Shown here: positions 24,802 through 40,900 of the stretch, in pieces
Numbering within the stretch: the first letter of the stretch is position 1
How the letters are laid out: each line of letters opens with the position of its first letter
NCBI GenBank assembly: GCA_964057225.1
Contig: OZ059900.1
Location: forward strand, 3,782,001-3,846,000
Direction of reading: 5' to 3'
Length of the DNA: 64,000 bases
DNA from: Auanema rhodensis
Taxonomy: Eukaryota > Animalia > Nematoda
Made by a program: the position numbers and the translations under genes
The notes under the pieces: generated by a model
What the model saw: only the letters and a program-made list of their open reading frames with translations
What the model was told of the DNA's origin: nothing
Databases searched by the model: none

Positions 24802-27800
24802 CTTAGTGTAGTAATGCTATTTGAGTGAAATTCAGTGATTTAAACATTATCAGTGTTTTCTTAATGACTTTTGTTGTCATAGACAATAAAACTATGCTTT
24901 TGATCATATATATGAGCGATTTATCCAAATTGGACTCAAAACTCGGAAAATTCAAAAATTCTTTCTATTTTCGACCTTTTTTGATCAAAATGAATAAATA
25001 TCAGTGCAAACTCGTAAAAATATACTGATTTTGTGTATTGTGTGTTTGATTCTCAAATCTTAACGTATATGATCAAAATTTACAAGTTTTACAGAATTTG
25101 TACCAAAAATCGGTGAGTATATGGTGTTAGAGGCATAAAAACGACCATACTTAGTGTAGTAATGCTATTTGAGCGAAATTCAGTGATTTGAACATCATTT
25201 GTGTTTAATTAATGACTTTTGTTGTCATAGACAATGAAACTATGCTTTTGATCATATATATGAGCGATTTATCCAAATTGGACTCAAAACTCGGAAAATT
25301 CAAAAATTCTGTCTATTATCGACCTTTTTCGATCAAAATGAATAACTATCAGTGCAGACTCATGAAAATAGCATGATTTTGTGTATTGTGTGTTTGATTC
25401 TCAAATCTTAACGTATATGATCAAAATTTACAAGTATTACAGATTTTGTACCAAAAATCGGTGAGTATATGGTGTTAAAGGCATAGAAACGACCTTACTT
25501 AGTGTAGTAATGCTATTTGAGCGAAATTCAGTGATTTGAACATCATTAGTGTTTAATTAATGACTTTTGTTGTCATAGTCAATAAAACTATGCTTTTGAT
25601 CATATATATGAGCGATTTAGCCAAATTGGACTCAAAACTCGGAAATTAAAAAAATTCTTTCTATTTTCGACCTTTTTTGATCAAAATGAATAAATATCAG
25701 TGCAAACTCGTAAAAATAGACTGATTTTGTGTAATGTTTGTTTGATTCTCGAATCTTAACGAATATGATCAAAATTTACGAGTATTACAGATTTTGTACC
25801 AAAACTCGGTGAGTATATGGTGTTAAAGGCATAAAAACGACCTTACTTAGTGTAGTAATGCTATTTGAGCGAAATTCAGTGATTTGAACATCATTAGTGT
25901 TTAATTAATGACTTTTGTTGTCATAGACAATGAAACTATGCTTTTGATCATATATATGAGCGATTTATCCAAATTGGACTCAAAACTCGGAAAATTCAAA
26001 AATTCTGTCTATTATCGACCTTTTTTGATCAAAATGAATAAATATCAGTGCAAACTCATAAAAATGTACTGATTTTGTGTATTGTGTGTTTGATTCTCAA
26101 ATCGTAACAAATATGATCAAAATTTACGAGTATCACAGAATTTGTACCAAAAATCGGTGAGTATATGGTGTTAAAGGCAAAAAACGACCTTACTTAGTGT
26201 AGTAATGCTATTTGAGCGAAATTCAGTGATTTAAACATCATTAGTGTTTAATCAGTGACTTTTGTTGTCATAGAAAATAAAACTATGCTTTTGATCATAT
26301 ATATGAGCGATTTAGCCAAATTGGACTCAAAACTCGGAAAATTCAAAAATTCTTTCTATTTTCGACCTTTTTTGATCAAAATGAATAAATATCAGTGCAG
26401 ACTCATGAAAATAGCATGATTTTGTGTATTGTGTGTTTGATTATCAAATCTTAACGTATATGATCAAAATTTACAAGTATTACAGATTTTGTACCAAAAA
26501 TCGGTGAGTATATGGTGTTAAAGGCATAAAAACGACCATACTTAGTGTAGTAATGCTATTTGAGTGAAATTCAGTGATTTAAACATCATTAATGTTTAAC
26601 TAATGACTTTTGTTGTCATAGACAATAAAAGTATGCTTTTGATCATATATATGAGCGATTTATCCAAATTGGACTCAAAACTCGGAAAATTCAAAAATTC
26701 TTTCTATTTTCGACCTTTTTTGATCAAAATGAATAAATATCAGTGCAGACTCATGAAAATAGCATGATTTTGTGTATTGTGTGTTTGATTATCAAATCTT
26801 AACGTATATGATCAAAATTTACAAGTATTACAGATTTTGTACCAAAAATCGGTGAGTATATGGTGTTAAAGGCATAAAAACGACCATACTTAGTGTAGTA
26901 ATGCTATTTGAGTGAAATTCAGTGATTTAAACATTATCAGTGTTTTCTTAATGACTTTTGTTGTCATAGACAATAAAACTATGCTTTTGATCATATATAT
27001 GAGCGATTTATCCAAATTGGACTCAAAACTCGGAAAATTCAAAAATTCTTTCTATTTTCGACCTTTTTTGATCAAAATGAATAAATATCAGTGCAAACTC
27101 GTAAAAATATACTGATTTTGTATATTGTGTGTTTGATTCTCAAATCTTAACGTATTTGATCAAAATTTACAAGTTTTACAGAATTTGTACCAAAAATCGG
27201 TGAGTATATGGTGTTAGAGGCATAAAAACGACCATACTTAGTGTAGTAATGCTATTTGAGCGAAATTCAGTGATTTGAACATCATTTGTGTTTAATTAAT
27301 GACTTTTGTTGTCATAGACAATGAAACTATGCTTTTGATCATATATATGAGCGATTTATCCAAATTGGACTCAAAACTCGGAAAATTCAAAAATTCTGTC
27401 TATTATCGACCTTTTTCGATCAAAATGAATAACTATCAGTGCAGACTCATGAAAATAGCATGATTTTGTGTATTGTGTGTTTGATTCTCAAATCTTAACG
27501 TATATGATCAAAATTTACAAGTATTACAGATTTTGTACCAAAAATCGGTGAGTATATGGTGTTAAAGGCATAAAAACGACCTTACTTAGTGTAGTAATGC
27601 TATTTGAGCGAAATTCAGTGATTTGAACATCATTAGTGTTTAATTAATGACTTTTGTTGTCATAGTCAATAAAACTATGCTTTTGATCATATATATGAGC
27701 GATTTAGCCAAATTGGACTCAAAACTCGGAAATTAAAAAAATTCTTTCTATTTTCGACCTTTTTTGATCAAAATGAATAAATATCAGTGCAAACTTGTAA

Positions 27801-28975
27801 AAATAGACTGATTTTGTGTAATGTTTGTTTGATTCTCGAATCTTAACGAATATGATCAAAATTTACGAGTATTACAGATTTTGTACCAAAACTCGGTGAG
27901 TATATGGTGTTAAAGGCATAAAAACGACCTTACTTAGTGTAGTAATGCTATTTGAGCGAAATTCAGTGATTTGAACATCATTAGTGTTTAATTAATGACT
28001 TTTGTTGTCATAGACAATGAAACTATGCTTTTGATCATATATATGAGCGATTTATCCAAATTGGACTCAAAACTCGGAAAATTCAAAAATTCTGTCTATT
28101 ATCGACCTTTTTTGATCAAAATGAATAAATATCAGTGCAAACTCATAAAAATAGACTGATTTTGTGTATTGTGTGTTTGATTCTCAAATCGTAACAAATA
28201 TGATCAAAATTTACGAGTATCACAGAATTTGTACCAAAAATCGGTGAGTATATGGTGTTAAAGGCAAAAAACGACCTTACTTAGTGTAGTAATGCTATTT
28301 GAGCGAAATTCAGTGATTTAAACATCATTAGTGTTTAATCAGTGACTTTTGTTGTCATAGAAAATAAAACTATGCTTTTGATCATATATATGAGCGATTT
28401 AGCCAAATTGGACTCAAAACTCGGAAAATTCAAAAATTCTTTCTATTTTCGACCTTTTTTGATCAAAATGAATAAATATCAGTGCAGACTCATGAAAATA
28501 GCATGATTTTGTGTATTGTGTGTTTGATTATCAAATCTTAACGTATATGATCAAAATTTACAAGTATTACAGATTTTGTACCAAAAATCGGTGAGTATAT
28601 GGTGTTAAAGGCATAAAAACGACCATACTTAGTGTAGTAATGCTATTTGAGTGAAATTCAGTGATTTAAACATCATTAATGTTTAACTAATGACTTTTGT
28701 TGTCATAGACAATAAAACTATGCTTTTGATCATATATATGAGCGATTTATCCAAATTGGACTCAAAACTCGGAAAATTCAAAAATTCTTTCTATTTTCGA
28801 CCTTTTTTGATCAAAATGAATAAATATCAGTGCAGACTCATGAAAATAGCATGATTTTGTGTATTGTGTGTTTGATTATCAAATCTTAACGTATATGATC
28901 AAAATTTACAAGTATTACAGATTTTGTACCAAAAATCGGTGAGTATATGGTGTTAAAGGCATAAAAACGACCATA
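24802..28975 (+). repeat. Canonical 6-monomer HOR of the right block (2087 bp = 5x348 + 347); two full tandem copies here, recurring around 36.6-39.4, 41.8-44.6 and 48.8-52.4 kb
   Basis: The monomer with CATTATCAGTGTTTTCTT recurs at 24825/26912/28999, 41869/43956 and 50215/52302 (all +2087). Six types occur in fixed order, marked by TTTTCTT, CATTTGTG..AATAACT, GGAAATTAAAAAAA, ATCGTAACAA..GGCAAAAAAC, AATCAGTGAC and TTAACTAATG. Confidence 0.9.
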
Positions 28976-31900
28976 CTTAGTGTAGTAATGCTATTTGAGT
29001 GAAATTCAGTGATTTAAACATTATCAGTGTTTTCTTAATGACTTTTGTTGTCATAGACAATAAAACTATGCTTTTGATCATATATATGAGCGATTTATCC
29101 AAATTGGACTCAAAACTCGGAAAATTCAAAAATTCTTTCTATTTTCGACCTTTTTTGATCAAAATGAATAAATATCAGTGCAAACTCGTAAAAATATACT
29201 GATTTTGTGTATTGTGTGTTTGATTCTCAAATCTTAACGTATATGATCAAAATTTACAAGTTTTACAGAATTTGTACCAAAAATCGGTGAGTATATGGTG
29301 TTAGAGGCATAAAAACGACCATACTTAGTGTAGTAATGCTATTTGAGCGAAATTCAGTGATTTGAACATCATTTGTGTTTAATTAATGACTTTTGTTGTC
29401 ATAGACAATGAAACTATGCTTTTGATCATATATATGAGCGATTTATCCAAATTGGACTCAAAACTCGGAAAATTCAAAAATTCTGTCTATTATCGACCTT
29501 TTTCGATCAAAATGAATAACTATCAGTGCAGACTCATGAAAATAGCATGATTTTGTGTATTGTGTGTTTGATTCTCAAATCTTAACGTATATGATCAAAA
29601 TTTACAAGTATTACAGATTTTGTACCAAAAATCGGTGAGTATATGGTGTTAAAGGCATAAAAACGACCTTACTTAGTGTAGTAATGCTATTTGAGCGAAA
29701 TTCAGTGATTTGAACATCATTAGTGTTTAATTAATGACTTTTGTTGTCATAGACAATGAAACTATGCTTTTGATCATATATATGAGCGATTTATCCAAAT
29801 TGGACTCAAAACTCGGAAAATTCAAAAATTCTGTCTATTATCGACCTTTTTTGATCAAAATGAATAAATATCAGTGCAAACTCATAAAAATAGACTGATT
29901 TTGTGTATTGTGTGTTTGATTCTCAAATCGTAACAAATATGATCAAAATTTACGAGTATCACAGAATTTGTACCAAAAATCGGTGAGTATATGGTGTTAA
30001 AGGCAAAAAACGACCTTACTTAGTGTAGTAATGCTATTTGAGCGAAATTCAGTGATTTAAACATCATTAGTGTTTAATCAGTGACTTTTGTTGTCATAGA
30101 AAATAAAACTATGCTTTTGATCATATATATGAGCGATTTAGCCAAATTGGACTCAAAACTCGGAAAATTCAAAAATTCTTTCTATTTTCGACCTTTTTTG
30201 ATCAAAATGAATAAATATCAGTGCAGACTCATGAAAATAGCATGATTTTGTGTATTGTGTGTTTGATTATCAAATCTTAACGTATATGATCAAAATTTAC
30301 AAGTATTACAGATTTTGTACCAAAAATCGGTGAGTATATGGTGTTAAAGGCATAAAAACGACCATACTTAGTGTAGTAATGCTATTTGAGTGAAATTCAG
30401 TGATTTAAACATCATTAATGTTTAACTAATGACTTTTGTTGTCATAGACAATAAAACTATGCTTTTGATCATATATATGAGCGATTTAGCCAAATTGGAC
30501 TCAAAACTCGGAAATTAAAAAAATTCTTTCTATTTTCGACCTTTTTTGATCAAAATGAATAAATATCAGTGCAAACTCGTAAAAATAGACTGATTTTGTG
30601 TAATGTTTGTTTGATTCTCGAATCTTAACGAATATGATCAAAATTTACGAGTATTACAGATTTTGTACCAAAACTCGGTGAGTATATGGTGTTAAAGGCA
30701 TAAAAACGACCATACTTAGTGTAGTAATGCTATTTGAGCGAAATTCAGTGATTTGAACATCATTAGTGTTTAATTAATGACTTTTGTTGTCATAGTCAAT
30801 AAAACTATGCTTTTGATCATATATATGAGCGATTTAGCCAAATTGGACTCAAAACTCGGAAAATTCAAAAATTCTTTCTATTTTCGACCTTTTTTGATCA
30901 AAATGAATAAATATCAGTGCAGACTCATGAAAATAGCATGATTTTGTGTATTGTGTGTTTGATTATCAAATCTTAACGTATATGATCAAAATTTACAAGT
31001 ATTACAGATTTTGTACCAAAAATCGGTGAGTATATGGTGTTAAAGGCATAAAAACGACCATACTTAGTGTAGTAATGCTATTTGAGCGAAATTCAGTGAT
31101 TTGAACATCATTAGTGTTTAATTAATGACTTTTGTTGTCATAGTCAATAAAACTATGCTTTTGATCATATATATGAGCGATTTAGCCAAATTGGACTCAA
31201 AACTCGGAAATTAAAAAAATTCTTTCTATTTTCGACCTTTTTTGATCAAAATGAATAAATATCAGTGCAAACTCGTAAAAATAGACTGATTTTGTGTAAT
31301 GTTTGTTTGATTCTCGAATCTTAACGAATATGATCAAAATTTACGAGTATTACAGATTTTGTACCAAAACTCGGTGAGTATATGGTGTTAAAGGCATAAA
31401 AACGACCATACTTAGTGTAGTAATGCTATTTGAGCGAAATTCAGTGATTTGAACATCATTAGTGTTTAATTAATGACTTTTGTTGTCATAGTCAATAAAA
31501 CTATGCTTTTGATCATATATATGAGCGATTTAGCCAAATTGGACTCAAAACTCGGAAAATTCAAAAATTCTTTCTATTTTCGACCTTTTTTGATCAAAAT
31601 GAATAAATATCAGTGCAGACTCATGAAAATAGCATGATTTTGTGTATTGTGTGTTTGATTATCAAATCTTAACGTATATGATCAAAATTTACAAGTATTA
31701 CAGATTTTGTACCAAAAATCGGTGAGTATATGGTGTTAAAGGCATAAAAACGACCATACTTAGTGTAGTAATGCTATTTGAGTGAAATTCAGTGATTTAA
31801 ACATCATTAATGTTTAACTAATGACTTTTGTTGTCATAGACAATAAAACTATGCTTTTGATCATATATATGAGCGATTTAGCCAAATTGGACTCAAAACT

Positions 31901-34900
31901 CGGAAATTAAAAAAATTCTTTCTATTTTCGACCTTTTTTGATCAAAATGAATAAATATCAGTGCAAACTCGTAAAAATAGACTGATTTTGTGTAATGTTT
32001 GTTTGATTCTCGAATCTTAACGAATATGATCAAAATTTACGAGTATTACAGATTTTGTACCAAAACTCGGTGAGTATATGGTGTTAAAGGCATAAAAACG
32101 ACCTTACTTAGTGTAGTAATGCTATTTGAGCGAAATTCAGTGATTTGAACATCATTAGTGTTTAATTAATGACTTTTGTTGTCATAGACAATGAAACTAT
32201 GCTTTTGATCATATATATGAGCGATTTATCCAAATTGGACTCAAAACTCGGAAAATTCAAAAATTCTGTCTATTATCGACCTTTTTTGATCAAAATGAAT
32301 AAATATCAGTGCAAACTCATAAAAATAGACTGATTTTGTGTATTGTGTGTTTGATTCTCAAATCGTAACAAATATGATCAAAATTTACGAGTATTACAGA
32401 TTTTGTACCAAAAATCGGTGAGTATATGGTGTTAAAGGCATAAAAACGACCTTACTTAGTGTAGTAATGCTATTTGAGCGAAATTCAGTGATTTGAACAT
32501 CATTAGTGTTTAATTAATGACTTTTGTTGTCATAGACAATGAAACTATGCTTTTGATCATATATATGAGCGATTTATCCAAATTGGACTCAAAACTCGGA
32601 AAATTCAAAAATTCTTTCTATTTTCGACCTTTTTTGATCAAAATGAATAAATATCAGTGCAAACTCGTAAAAATATACTGATTTTGTGTATTGTGTGTTT
32701 GATTCTCAAATCTTAACGTATATGATCAAAATTTACAAGTTTTACAGAATTTGTACCAAAAATCGGTGAGTATATGGTGTTAGAGGCATAAAAACGACCA
32801 TACTTAGTGTAGTAATGCTATTTGAGCGAAATTCAGTGATTTGAACATCATTTGTGTTTAATTAATGACTTTTGTTGTCATAGACAATGAAACTATGCTT
32901 TTGATCATATATATGAGCGATTTATCCAAATTGGACTCAAAACTCGGAAAATTCAAAAATTCTGTCTATTATCGACCTTTTTCGATCAAAATGAATAACT
33001 ATCAGTGCAGACTCATGAAAATAGCATGATTTTGTGTATTGTGTGTTTGATTCTCAAATCTTAACGTATATGATCAAAATTTACAAGTATTACAGATTTT
33101 GTACCAAAAATCGGTGAGTATATGGTGTTAAAGGCATAAAAACGACCTTACTTAGTGTAGTAATGCTATTTGAGCGAAATTCAGTGATTTGAACATCATT
33201 AGTGTTTAATTAATGACTTTTGTTGTCATAGACAATGAAACTATGCTTTTGATCATATATATGAGCGATTTATCCAAATTGGACTCAAAACTCGGAAAAT
33301 TCAAAAATTCTGTCTATTATCGACCTTTTTTGATCAAAATGAATAAATATCAGTGCAAACTCATAAAAATAGACTGATTTTGTGTATTGTGTGTTTGATT
33401 CTCAAATCGTAACAAATATGATCAAAATTTACGAGTATCACAGAATTTGTACCAAAAATCGGTGAGTATATGGTGTTAAAGGCAAAAAACGACCTTACTT
33501 AGTGTAGTAATGCTATTTGAGCGAAATTCAGTGATTTAAACATCATTAGTGTTTAATCAGTGACTTTTGTTGTCATAGAAAATAAAACTATGCTTTTGAT
33601 CATATATATGAGCGATTTAGCCAAATTGGACTCAAAACTCGGAAAATTCAAAAATTCTTTCTATTTTCGACCTTTTTTGATCAAAATGAATAAATATCAG
33701 TGCAGACTCATGAAAATAGCATGATTTTGTGTATTGTGTGTTTGATTATCAAATCTTAACGTATATGATCAAAATTTACAAGTATTACAGATTTTGTACC
33801 AAAAATCGGTGAGTATATGGTGTTAAAGGCATAAAAACGACCATACTTAGTGTAGTAATGCTATTTGAGTGAAATTCAGTGATTTAAACATCATTAATGT
33901 TTAACTAATGACTTTTGTTGTCATAGACAATAAAACTATGCTTTTGATCATATATATGAGCGATTTAGCCAAATTGGACTCAAAACTCGGAAATTAAAAA
34001 AATTCTTTCTATTTTCGACCTTTTTTGATCAAAATGAATAAATATCAGTGCAAACTCGTAAAAATAGACTGATTTTGTGTAATGTTTGTTTGATTCTCGA
34101 ATCTTAACGAATATGATCAAAATTTACGAGTATTACAGATTTTGTACCAAAACTCGGTGAGTATATGGTGTTAAAGGCATAAAAACGACCATACTTAGTG
34201 TAGTAATGCTATTTGAGCGAAATTCAGTGATTTGAACATCATTAGTGTTTAATTAATGACTTTTGTTGTCATAGTCAATAAAACTATGCTTTTGATCATA
34301 TATATGAGCGATTTAGCCAAATTGGACTCAAAACTCGGAAAATTCAAAAATTCTTTCTATTTTCGACCTTTTTTGATCAAAATGAATAAATATCAGTGCA
34401 GACTCATGAAAATAGCATGATTTTGTGTATTGTGTGTTTGATTATCAAATCTTAACGTATATGATCAAAATTTACAAGTATTACAGATTTTGTACCAAAA
34501 ATCGGTGAGTATATGGTGTTAAAGGCATAAAAACGACCATACTTAGTGTAGTAATGCTATTTGAGCGAAATTCAGTGATTTGAACATCATTAGTGTTTAA
34601 TTAATGACTTTTGTTGTCATAGTCAATAAAACTATGCTTTTGATCATATATATGAGCGATTTAGCCAAATTGGACTCAAAACTCGGAAATTAAAAAAATT
34701 CTTTCTATTTTCGACCTTTTTTGATCAAAATGAATAAATATCAGTGCAAACTCGTAAAAATAGCATGATTTTGTGTATTGTGTGTTTGATTATCAAATCT
34801 TAACGTATATGATCAAAATTTACAAGTATTACAGATTTTGTACCAAAAATCGGTGAGTATATGGTGTTAAAGGCATAAAAACGACCATACTTAGTGTAGT

Positions 34901-37900
34901 AATGCTATTTGAGTGAAATTCAGTGATTTAAACATCATTAATGTTTAACTAATGACTTTTGTTGTCATAGACAATAAAACTATGCTTTTGATCATATATA
35001 TGAGCGATTTATCCAAATTGGACTCAAAACTCGGAAAATTCAAAAATTCTTTCTATTTTCGACCTTTTTTGATCAAAATGAATAAATATCAGTGCAGACT
35101 CATGAAAATAGCATGATTTTGTGTATTGTGTGTTTGATTATCAAATCTTAACGTATATGATCAAAATTTACAAGTATTACAGATTTTGTACCAAAAATCG
35201 GTGAGTATATGGTGTTAAAGGCATAAAAACGACCATACTTAGTGTAGTAATGCTATTTGAGTGAAATTCAGTGATTTGAACATCATTAGTGTTTAATTAA
35301 TGACTTTTGTTGTCATAGTCAATAAAACTATGCTTTTGATCATATATATGAGCGATTTAGCCAAATTGGACTCAAAACTCGGAAATTAAAAAAATTCTTT
35401 CTATTTTCGACCTTTTTTGATCAAAATGAATAAATATCAGTGCAAACTCGTAAAAATAGACTGATTTTGTGTAATGTTTGTTTGATTCTCGAATCTTAAC
35501 GAATATGATCAAAATTTACGAGTATTACAGATTTTGTACCAAAACTCGGTGAGTATATGGTGTTAAAGGCATAAAAACGACCATACTTAGTGTAGTAATG
35601 CTATTTGAGCGAAATTCAGTGATTTGAACATCATTAGTGTTTAATTAATGACTTTTGTTGTCATAGTCAATAAAACTATGCTTTTGATCATATATATGAG
35701 CGATTTAGCCAAATTGGACTCAAAACTCGGAAAATTCAAAAATTCTTTCTATTTTCGACCTTTTTTGATCAAAATGAATAAATATCAGTGCAGACTCATG
35801 AAAATAGCATGATTTTGTGTATTGTGTGTTTGATTATCAAATCTTAACGTATATGATCAAAATTTACAAGTATTACAGATTTTGTACCAAAAATCGGTGA
35901 GTATATGGTGTTAAAGGCATAAAAACGACCATACTTAGTGTAGTAATGCTATTTGAGTGAAATTCAGTGATTTAAACATCATTAATGTTTAACTAATGAC
36001 TTTTGTTGTCATAGACAATAAAACTATGCTTTTGATCATATATATGAGCGATTTATCCAAATTGGACTCAAAACTCGGAAATTAAAAAAATTCTTTCTAT
36101 TTTCGACCTTTTTTGATCAAAATGAATAAATATCAGTGCAAACTCGTAAAAATAGCATGATTTTGTGTATTGTGTGTTTGATTATCAAATCTTAACGTAT
36201 ATGATCAAAATTTACGAGTATCACAGAATTTGTACCAAAAATCGGTGAGTATATGGTGTTAAAGGCAAAAAACGACCTTACTTAGTGTAGTAATGCTATT
36301 TGAGCGAAATTCAGTGATTTAAACATCATTAGTGTTTAATTAATGACTTTTGTTGTCATAGAAAATAAAACTATGCTTTTGATCATATATATGAGCGATT
36401 TAGCCAAATTGGACTCAAAACTCGGAAAATTCAAAAATTCTTTCTATTTTCGACCTTTTTTGATCAAAATGAATAAATATCAGTGCAGACTCATGAAAAT
36501 AGCATGATTTTGTGTATTGTGTGTTTGATTATCAAATCTTAACGTATATGATCAAAATTTACAAGTATTACAGATTTTGTACCAAAAATCGGTGAGTATA
36601 TGGTGTTAAAGGCATAAAAACGACCATACTTAGTGTAGTAATGCTATTTGAGCGAAATTCAGTGATTTGAACATCATTAGTGTTTAATTAATGACTTTTG
36701 TTGTCATAGTCAATAAAACTATGCTTTTGATCATATATATGAGCGATTTAGCCAAATTGGACTCAAAACTCGGAAATTAAAAAAATTCTTTCTATTTTCG
36801 ACCTTTTTTGATCAAAATGAATAAATATCAGTGCAAACTCGTAAAAATAGACTGATTTTGTGTAATGTTTGTTTGATTCTCGAATCTTAACGAATATGAT
36901 CAAAATTTACGAGTATTACAGATTTTGTACCAAAACTCGGTGAGTATATGGTGTTAAAGGCATAAAAACGACCTTACTTAGTGTAGTAATGCTATTTGAG
37001 CGAAATTCAGTGATTTGAACATCATTAGTGTTTAATTAATGACTTTTGTTGTCATAGACAATGAAACTATGCTTTTGATCATATATATGAGCGATTTATC
37101 CAAATTGGACTCAAAACTCGGAAAATTCAAAAATTCTGTCTATTATCGACCTTTTTTGATCAAAATGAATAAATATCAGTGCAAACTCATAAAAATAGAC
37201 TGATTTTGTGTATTGTGTGTTTGATTCTCAAATCGTAACAAATATGATCAAAATTTACGAGTATCACAGAATTTGTACCAAAAATCGGTGAGTATATGGT
37301 GTTAAAGGCAAAAAACGACCTTACTTAGTGTAGTAATGCTATTTGAGCGAAATTCAGTGATTTAAACATCATTAGTGTTTAATCAGTGACTTTTGTTGTC
37401 ATAGAAAATAAAACTATGCTTTTGATCATATATATGAGCGATTTAGCCAAATTGGACTCAAAACTCGGAAAATTCAAAAATTCTTTCTATTTTCGACCTT
37501 TTTTGATCAAAATGAATAAATATCAGTGCAGACTCATGAAAATAGCATGATTTTGTGTATTGTGTGTTTGATTATCAAATCTTAACGTATATGATCAAAA
37601 TTTACAAGTATTACAGATTTTGTACCAAAAATCGGTGAGTATATGGTGTTAAAGGCATAAAAACGACCATACTTAGTGTAGTAATGCTATTTGAGTGAAA
37701 TTCAGTGATTTAAACATCATTAATGTTTAACTAATGACTTTTGTTGTCATAGACAATAAAACTATGCTTTTGATCATATATATGAGCGATTTATCCAAAT
37801 TGGACTCAAAACTCGGAAAATTCAAAAATTCTTTCTATTTTCGACCTTTTTTGATCAAAATGAATAAATATCAGTGCAGACTCATGAAAATAGCATGATT

Positions 37901-40900
37901 TTGTGTATTGTGTGTTTGATTATCAAATCTTAACGTATATGATCAAAATTTACAAGTATTACAGATTTTGTACCAAAAATCGGTGAGTATATGGTGTTAA
38001 AGGCATAAAAACGACCATACTTAGTGTAGTAATGCTATTTGAGTGAAATTCAGTGATTTAAACATTATCAGTGTTTTCTTAATGACTTTTGTTGTCATAG
38101 ACAATAAAACTATGCTTTTGATCATATATATGAGCGATTTATCCAAATTGGACTCAAAACTCGGAAAATTCAAAAATTCTTTCTATTTTCGACCTTTTTT
38201 GATCAAAATGAATAAATATCAGTGCAAACTCGTAAAAATATACTGATTTTGTGTATTGTGTGTTTGATTCTCAAATCTTAACGTATATGATCAAAATTTA
38301 CAAGTTTTACAGAATTTGTACCAAAAATCGGTGAGTATATGGTGTTAGAGGCATAAAAACGACCATACTTAGTGTAGTAATGCTATTTGAGCGAAATTCA
38401 GTGATTTGAACATCATTTGTGTTTAATTAATGACTTTTGTTGTCATAGACAATGAAACTATGCTTTTGATCATATATATGAGCGATTTATCCAAATTGGA
38501 CTCAAAACTCGGAAAATTCAAAAATTCTGTCTATTATCGACCTTTTTCGATCAAAATGAATAACTATCAGTGCAGACTCATGAAAATAGCATGATTTTGT
38601 GTATTGTGTGTTTGATTCTCAAATCTTAACGTATATGATCAAAATTTACAAGTATTACAGATTTTGTACCAAAAATCGGTGAGTATATGGTGTTAAAGGC
38701 ATAAAAACGACCTTACTTAGTGTAGTAATGCTATTTGAGCGAAATTCAGTGATTTGAACATCATTAGTGTTTAATTAATGACTTTTGTTGTCATAGTCAA
38801 TAAAACTATGCTTTTGATCATATATATGAGCGATTTAGCCAAATTGGACTCAAAACTCGGAAATTAAAAAAATTCTTTCTATTTTCGACCTTTTTTGATC
38901 AAAATGAATAAATATCAGTGCAAACTCGTAAAAATAGACTGATTTTGTGTAATGTTTGTTTGATTCTCGAATCTTAACGAATATGATCAAAATTTACGAG
39001 TATTACAGATTTTGTACCAAAACTCGGTGAGTATATGGTGTTAAAGGCATAAAAACGACCTTACTTAGTGTAGTAATGCTATTTGAGCGAAATTCAGTGA
39101 TTTGAACATCATTAGTGTTTAATTAATGACTTTTGTTGTCATAGACAATGAAACTATGCTTTTGATCATATATATGAGCGATTTATCCAAATTGGACTCA
39201 AAACTCGGAAAATTCAAAAATTCTGTCTATTATCGACCTTTTTTGATCAAAATGAATAAATATCAGTGCAAACTCATAAAAATAGACTGATTTTGTGTAT
39301 TGTGTGTTTGATTCTCAAATCGTAACAAATATGATCAAAATTTACGAGTATCACAGAATTTGTACCAAAAATCGGTGAGTATATGGTGTTAAAGGCAAAA
39401 AACGACCATACTTAGTGTAGTAATGCTATTTGAGTGAAATTCAGTGATTTAAACATCATTAATGTTTAACTAATGACTTTTGTTGTCATAGACAATAAAA
39501 CTATGCTTTTGATCATATATATGAGCGATTTATCCAAATTGGACTCAAAACTCGGAAAATTCAAAAATTCTTTCTATTTTCGACCTTTTTTGATCAAAAT
39601 GAATAAATATCAGTGCAAACTCGTAAAAATATACTGATTTTGTGTATTGTGTGTTTGATTCTCAAATCTTAACGTATATGATCAAAATTTACAAGTATTA
39701 CAGATTTTGTACCAAAAATCGGTGAGTATATGGTGTTAAAGGCATAAAAACGACCTTACTTAGTGTAGTAATGCTATTTGAGCGAAATTCAGTGATTTGA
39801 ACATCATTAGTGTTTAATTAATGACTTTTGTTGTCATAGTCAATAAAACTATGCTTTTGATCATATATATGAGCGATTTAGCCAAATTGGACTCAAAACT
39901 CGGAAATTAAAAAAATTCTTTCTATTTTCGACCTTTTTTGATCAAAATGAATAAATATCAGTGCAAACTCGTAAAAATAGACTGATTTTGTGTAATGTTT
40001 GTTTGATTCTCGAATCTTAACGAATATGATCAAAATTTACGAGTATTACAGATTTTGTACCAAAACTCGGTGAGTATATGGTGTTAAAGGCATAAAAACG
40101 ACCTTACTTAGTGTAGTAATGCTATTTGAGCGAAATTCAGTGATTTGAACATCATTAGTGTTTAATTAATGACTTTTGTTGTCATAGACAATGAAACTAT
40201 GCTTTTGATCATATATATGAGCGATTTATCCAAATTGGACTCAAAACTCGGAAAATTCAAAAATTCTGTCTATTATCGACCTTTTTTGATCAAAATGAAT
40301 AAATATCAGTGCAAACTCATAAAAATAGACTGATTTTGTGTATTGTGTGTTTGATTCTCAAATCGTAACAAATATGATCAAAATTTACGAGTATCACAGA
40401 ATTTGTACCAAAAATCGGTGAGTATATGGTGTTAAAGGCAAAAAACGACCATACTTAGTGTAGTAATGCTATTTGAGTGAAATTCAGTGATTTAAACATC
40501 ATTAATGTTTAACTAATGACTTTTGTTGTCATAGACAATAAAACTATGCTTTTGATCATATATATGAGCGATTTATCCAAATTGGACTCAAAACTCGGAA
40601 AATTCAAAAATTCTTTCTATTTTCGACCTTTTTTGATCAAAATGAATAAATATCAGTGCAGACTCATGAAAATAGCATGATTTTGTGTATTGTGTGTTTG
40701 ATTATCAAATCTTAACGTATATGATCAAAATTTACAAGTATTACAGATTTTGTACCAAAAATCGGTGAGTATATGGTGTTAAAGGCATAAAAACGACCAT
40801 ACTTAGTGTAGTAATGCTATTTGAGTGAAATTCAGTGATTTGAACATCATTAGTGTTTAATTAATGACTTTTGTTGTCATAGTCAATAAAACTATGCTTT

